DNA of 39,630 nt from Actinomycetes bacterium (GTDB taxonomy: Bacteria; Actinomycetota; Thermoleophilia; BMS3ABIN01), in NCBI GenBank assembly GCA_021803005.1, contig JAJZQT010000010.1:1-39630 (forward strand). Direction: 5' to 3'. Below are positions 36,758 through 39,630 of this stretch, in pieces; within the stretch, counting starts at the first letter, position 1, and each line of letters begins with the position of its first letter. The notes below the pieces were generated by a model. That model saw only the letters and a list, made by a program, of their open reading frames with translations. It ran no database searches and was not told the DNA's origin. The position numbers and the translations under genes were made by a program.

Positions 36758-37062
36758 TGGCTGAAGCCGGGCGGTTGTACTGGAGCGCTTTCGCCACCAG
36801 CCAGCTCCTCGAGATGAAAACGGGGGAGCAGGACCGCGTCAGCGACTGCGTGGAAATGATCAGACAGTTCCCCCTTATCGGCGTGCGGCTCATTGCTCCC
36901 GGCGACGAGCATCGTCGCCGGTTTGTCTGCGGCGGTTTCCGGATTGTCTACAGCCTTGCGGAACATGGCGATGATGTCATGATTCGGCAATCGGTAAATA
37001 CCAGAGCCGAAGAATCCGGGCAGATCGTTGAGATTACCATCCGGCGATTCGCGCCCGCCTGA
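36757..37062 (+). CDS. RelE/ParE-family toxin candidate
   Basis: 101 aa. The ATG overlaps the antitoxin TGA by 1 nt. '...RRRFVCGGFRIVYSLAEHGDDVMI' resembles the RelE/ParE beta-sheet core. Confidence 0.5.
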   Translation: MAEAGRLYWSAFATSQLLEMKTGEQDRVSDCVEMIRQFPLIGVRLIAPGDEHRRRFVCGGFRIVYSLAEHGDDVMIRQSVNTRAEESGQIVEITIRRFAPA

Positions 37063-37143
37063 ACCAGGGATTATAAATGCGGAAGATCCGCTGTTGATCT
37101 TACGACCTGACTGATTCTTGTCTGGCAAGTCTGGCTAATCAAA

Positions 37144-37175
37144 GAGGGGCGGGCCGCTTTCGCGGCCCGCCCCTC
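37144..37175. terminator. GC-rich hairpin between convergent genes (14-bp perfect stem gaggggcgggccgc, loop tttc)
   Basis: Read directly. On the minus strand it is followed by tttgatt. It lies between the toxin gene end and the large minus-strand gene end. Confidence 0.7.
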
Positions 37176-37240
37176 GCCTCTATTATGATCACCCGGTGAC
37201 GTACCAGACGGCAACGTTCTATCACGCGGTGATGTTCTTC

Positions 37241-39630
37241 CTAGCTTAGATCCATCCCCAGGGTCTCGTTGAAGAAGCCGTTCCAGAGCACCCGCTGGGA
37301 GGCCATGACCTGGGCCGGGGAACTGCAGCTGCCGTCGCCGCCAAAGGCTGCCGAGCAGCCGTCGACTTCCACCGGTCCGCCGATGAGGCCGTTAAACATG
37401 GGTGTCACCTGCTGCCCGGCGTTCAGGGTTCCCTGGGCCCGGACCGCGCCGGCTACCTTGATCTGGTAGTAGATCGTCGAGCTGGTGGGATTGCCCACGA
37501 GCACCCAGTTGCGAACCCCCGGCCCCTCGGCCTGGTCATACCAGGTCCAGTGATGGCTGGTGGGCAGGGTGGAGGCCGGCGAGCCGGGGACTTCTTCGAA
37601 GGAGGGGCCCCAGATGACGCGCTGGGAGGCGATGGCGCGCTGGGGCACGGTGCGGGCCGCATCGGAGTAGGTCTTTACCTCCACCGGTCCGCCGACCCGG
37701 CCGCTGTAGATGGGCGTTACCTTCTGTCCCGGGGCGATGGGGCCCCCGGCGTCCACCGGGGCGCCGGCGATGGTGACCGTGTAGTAGAGATTGTCCGTGT
37801 TCTGGGAGCCGTCGGCATTGGTGGCGGGGTTGGCGATCAGCACCCAGTTACGGCCGCCGACGTTGTCGTACCAGGTCCAGAGGTAGTCGCTTGAGAGGTC
37901 GCTGTCGGCGATGCCGGGCACCTCGTTAAAGGCAGAGCCGCCGTTAGAGAGCACCCGCTGGGAGGCCATGACGTTGCGGGCGTCGGCCGGATTTGTCTCC
38001 GAGCCGCCGTTGACCCAGGCCTGGACCTCCACCGGACCGCCGATGACGCCGCCGAACACCGGCGTCACCTTCTGGCCCGGGGCAAGGAGGTTCTGGTCGT
38101 AGGTGGTCCCGCCTATCTTGATCCTGTAGACCACGGTGTCAGTCGTGCTGGGGTTGGCCACCAGGACCCAGTCCTTGTAGCCGGCGCTGGCAGAGTCATA
38201 CCAGGTCCACCAGAAGTGGCTTGAGAGCTTGCCGGAGTCGGTGCCGGGCACTTCCTCCAGGGAGTTGCCCGCCCAGAGGATGCGCTGGCTGGCGATGCCC
38301 TTGGCACCTGTAAGCGAAGTGGCGTCGACCGGGCCGCCGATGACGCCGCCATAGCGCGGGGTGATCGTCTGGCCCGGCCCGACGTTGCCGCCGTTGGGCA
38401 GGCCGAAGGGCGTGCCGCCGATAGCCAGCTGCCAGCTCTGCGTCACTCCCGAGCCGAAAGGATTGGCCATCAGTATCCAGTTGGCCCCGTTGATGTTGTC
38501 ATACCAGGTCCAGAGGTAATCCCTGGGCAGGCCGAAGGTCCATGAGTAAGCCTGCACCAGATGGTTGCCCGCGGAATCCGTCACCGCGGTGCTGATGGCG
38601 GCGGTATAGGTCGTGCCTTGCACCAGCGGCGATGCCGGGGTGAAAGTGGCCCTCCTGTTCGGCCCATCGTAGGCAACCGTGCCGCCGATCGGGCTTCCGC
38701 CCTGCGGCGTGATCGTAAAACTGGTCGCCGGGGAACTGATGGTCCCGGAGCTCAGATCCTTGCTGAAGGTCGCGGAAATGGCATCCCCGGGATTGACCCG
38801 GACCCCCGCCGTGCTCACGGAAGTGACTTCCGGCGGTTGCGGCGAGCGCAGAATTGCGGCGCTGTCGCCGGCCGCGAAGGCGGCATAACCCGAAGCCGGC
38901 CAGGCCGCGGGCACCACCGAGAGGGTGTACAGGCGCACGCCCGTGCCGGTGCTTTCCAGGGTCCAGGTGGTGCCGCCGTCAGTGGTCTTGAAGAGGCGCC
39001 CCTCACCACCGGCGGCATAGCCGGTGTTGGCGTCGACGAACGACACGGCCGACATGACGTGCGTGGTCGAAAGCGAAGTATTGTTCCAGGTGACGCCGCC
39101 GTCGGTGGTCTTGTAGACCTTGCCGTCGCCGTAATTCGACCCGGATGGCGGTCCGTAGCCGGCGGCATATCCATTCGAGGCGCTCACCATGTCAATCGAC
39201 TGCAGACCGTTTAGTTCTGCTTTTTCGGTTACAGTCCAGGTGCCGCCGCTGAAACTGGCGAGCACGCCTTTTCCGGTGAGTGTATTTTGTCCGACAAGCC
39301 AGCCGTCGGCCGGGGTGGTTGCGTCAACAGCGTAAAGCTGATATTTGTCAGTTATGCCGCCGGCGTTGCGGGTCCAGGTCGTGCCGTCGGTAGTCTGGAG
39401 CACCGCTCCTAGACCCGAACCGGTATTAGTGGTGGCGAATCCGACCGCCCAGCCATGGGTCGAGTCGACCATGTGGATGCCCCACAGCTGGGATATCCCC
39501 GTTCCCGTGATGCCCGACAGGTCCGCCGCCGTCCAGGTACCGCTGGAATACTTGTAGATCACGGCGTTACTGCCGGAATATCCCACCACGAAGCCTGTCG
39601 TGGCGTCAAGGAATTGAACCGATTGCAGAA
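37241..39630 (-). CDS. Large secreted/surface-type protein, 5'-partial: BNR/Ycf48-like beta-propeller + Ig-like (SbsA/Big_5-like) domain + four uncharacterised ~100-aa repeats
   Basis: The reading frame is open to the window edge: 'LQSVQFLDATTGF' precedes the first in-window start. Repeated 'TTDGG.TW' blades are present. 'TFTPASPLVQGTTYTAAISTAVTDSAGN' is Ig-like. Four WTWYD...ASQRV...EVPG modules follow. Confidence 0.75.
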   Translation of the reverse strand, partial: LQSVQFLDATTGFVVGYSGSNAVIYKYSSGTWTAADLSGITGTGISQLWGIHMVDSTHGWAVGFATTNTGSGLGAVLQTTDGTTWTRNAGGITDKYQLYAVDATTPADGWLVGQNTLTGKGVLASFSGGTWTVTEKAELNGLQSIDMVSASNGYAAGYGPPSGSNYGDGKVYKTTDGGVTWNNTSLSTTHVMSAVSFVDANTGYAAGGEGRLFKTTDGGTTWTLESTGTGVRLYTLSVVPAAWPASGYAAFAAGDSAAILRSPQPPEVTSVSTAGVRVNPGDAISATFSKDLSSGTISSPATSFTITPQGGSPIGGTVAYDGPNRRATFTPASPLVQGTTYTAAISTAVTDSAGNHLVQAYSWTFGLPRDYLWTWYDNINGANWILMANPFGSGVTQSWQLAIGGTPFGLPNGGNVGPGQTITPRYGGVIGGPVDATSLTGAKGIASQRILWAGNSLEEVPGTDSGKLSSHFWWTWYDSASAGYKDWVLVANPSTTDTVVYRIKIGGTTYDQNLLAPGQKVTPVFGGVIGGPVEVQAWVNGGSETNPADARNVMASQRVLSNGGSAFNEVPGIADSDLSSDYLWTWYDNVGGRNWVLIANPATNADGSQNTDNLYYTVTIAGAPVDAGGPIAPGQKVTPIYSGRVGGPVEVKTYSDAARTVPQRAIASQRVIWGPSFEEVPGSPASTLPTSHHWTWYDQAEGPGVRNWVLVGNPTSSTIYYQIKVAGAVRAQGTLNAGQQVTPMFNGLIGGPVEVDGCSAAFGGDGSCSSPAQVMASQRVLWNGFFNETLGMDLS

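Noticed and set aside
36304-37128. 274-aa minus-strand ORF spanning the TA locus
   Set aside because: It is antisense to a compact antitoxin/toxin pair that has the expected overlap, SD and operator. The product has no recognisable domain and reads through the intergenic promoter region.
37189-37231. Two short palindromes (TCACC-C-GGTGA and ATCAC-GCG-GTGAT) just downstream of the large surface-protein gene
   Set aside because: They are short, imperfectly related, and lie next to a much stronger terminator hairpin. This is not enough to call a regulatory site.

Overview
GC-rich bacterial chromosomal window, almost completely coding. The conserved core is mostly on the minus strand: dedA, pdxS/pdxT, guaB3-type IMPDH paralog, rpiR-type regulator, nfo, lepB, then rsfS, an LCP-like gene, nadD, proA, proB, murA, the full F1Fo operon (atpZ/atpI-like, atpBEFHAGDC), wecA-like GT4 and dCMP deaminase. 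The order wecA-atpI-atpBEFHAGDC-murA and proB-proA-nadD-rsfS is the arrangement known from Actinomycetota; this taxonomic placement is inference only. Between lepB/nfo and rsfS lies a ~13 kb accessory block (7663-20939), the most interesting part of the window. It holds four cobalamin-domain radical SAM enzymes (two are tandem paralogs), one SPASM/twitch-type radical SAM enzyme, a membrane-anchored GT2, and a large polytopic GT-C-like membrane protein. It also holds a complete-looking corrinoid methyl-transfer accessory set: a URO-D/MtaA-like protein, an MtaC-like DxHxxG corrinoid protein translationally coupled to a radical SAM gene, and a RACo-like ASKHA ATPase with no Fe-S domain. I found no convincing precursor peptide, no MT1-type methyltransferase and no sugar-nucleotide genes, so I propose an undescribed anaerobic envelope lipid/glycan-modifying system rather than a RiPP cluster. 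Other notable items: two families of AT-rich repeats closed by GGGGAC/GTCCCC, one a perfect 29-bp inverted pair that buries the proB start. There is a palindrome encoding RSQ(F/I)AT(S/T) on both strands beside a truncated ORF6N gene. The conserved N-terminus of nfo has no canonical start codon and abuts the lepB stop as CTGA. A Phd/RelE-type TA pair is present, and a 5'-partial secreted-type protein carries a beta-propeller, an Ig-like domain and four copies of an uncharacterised WTWYD...ASQRV...EVPG module. No rRNA, tRNA or CRISPR array was seen.
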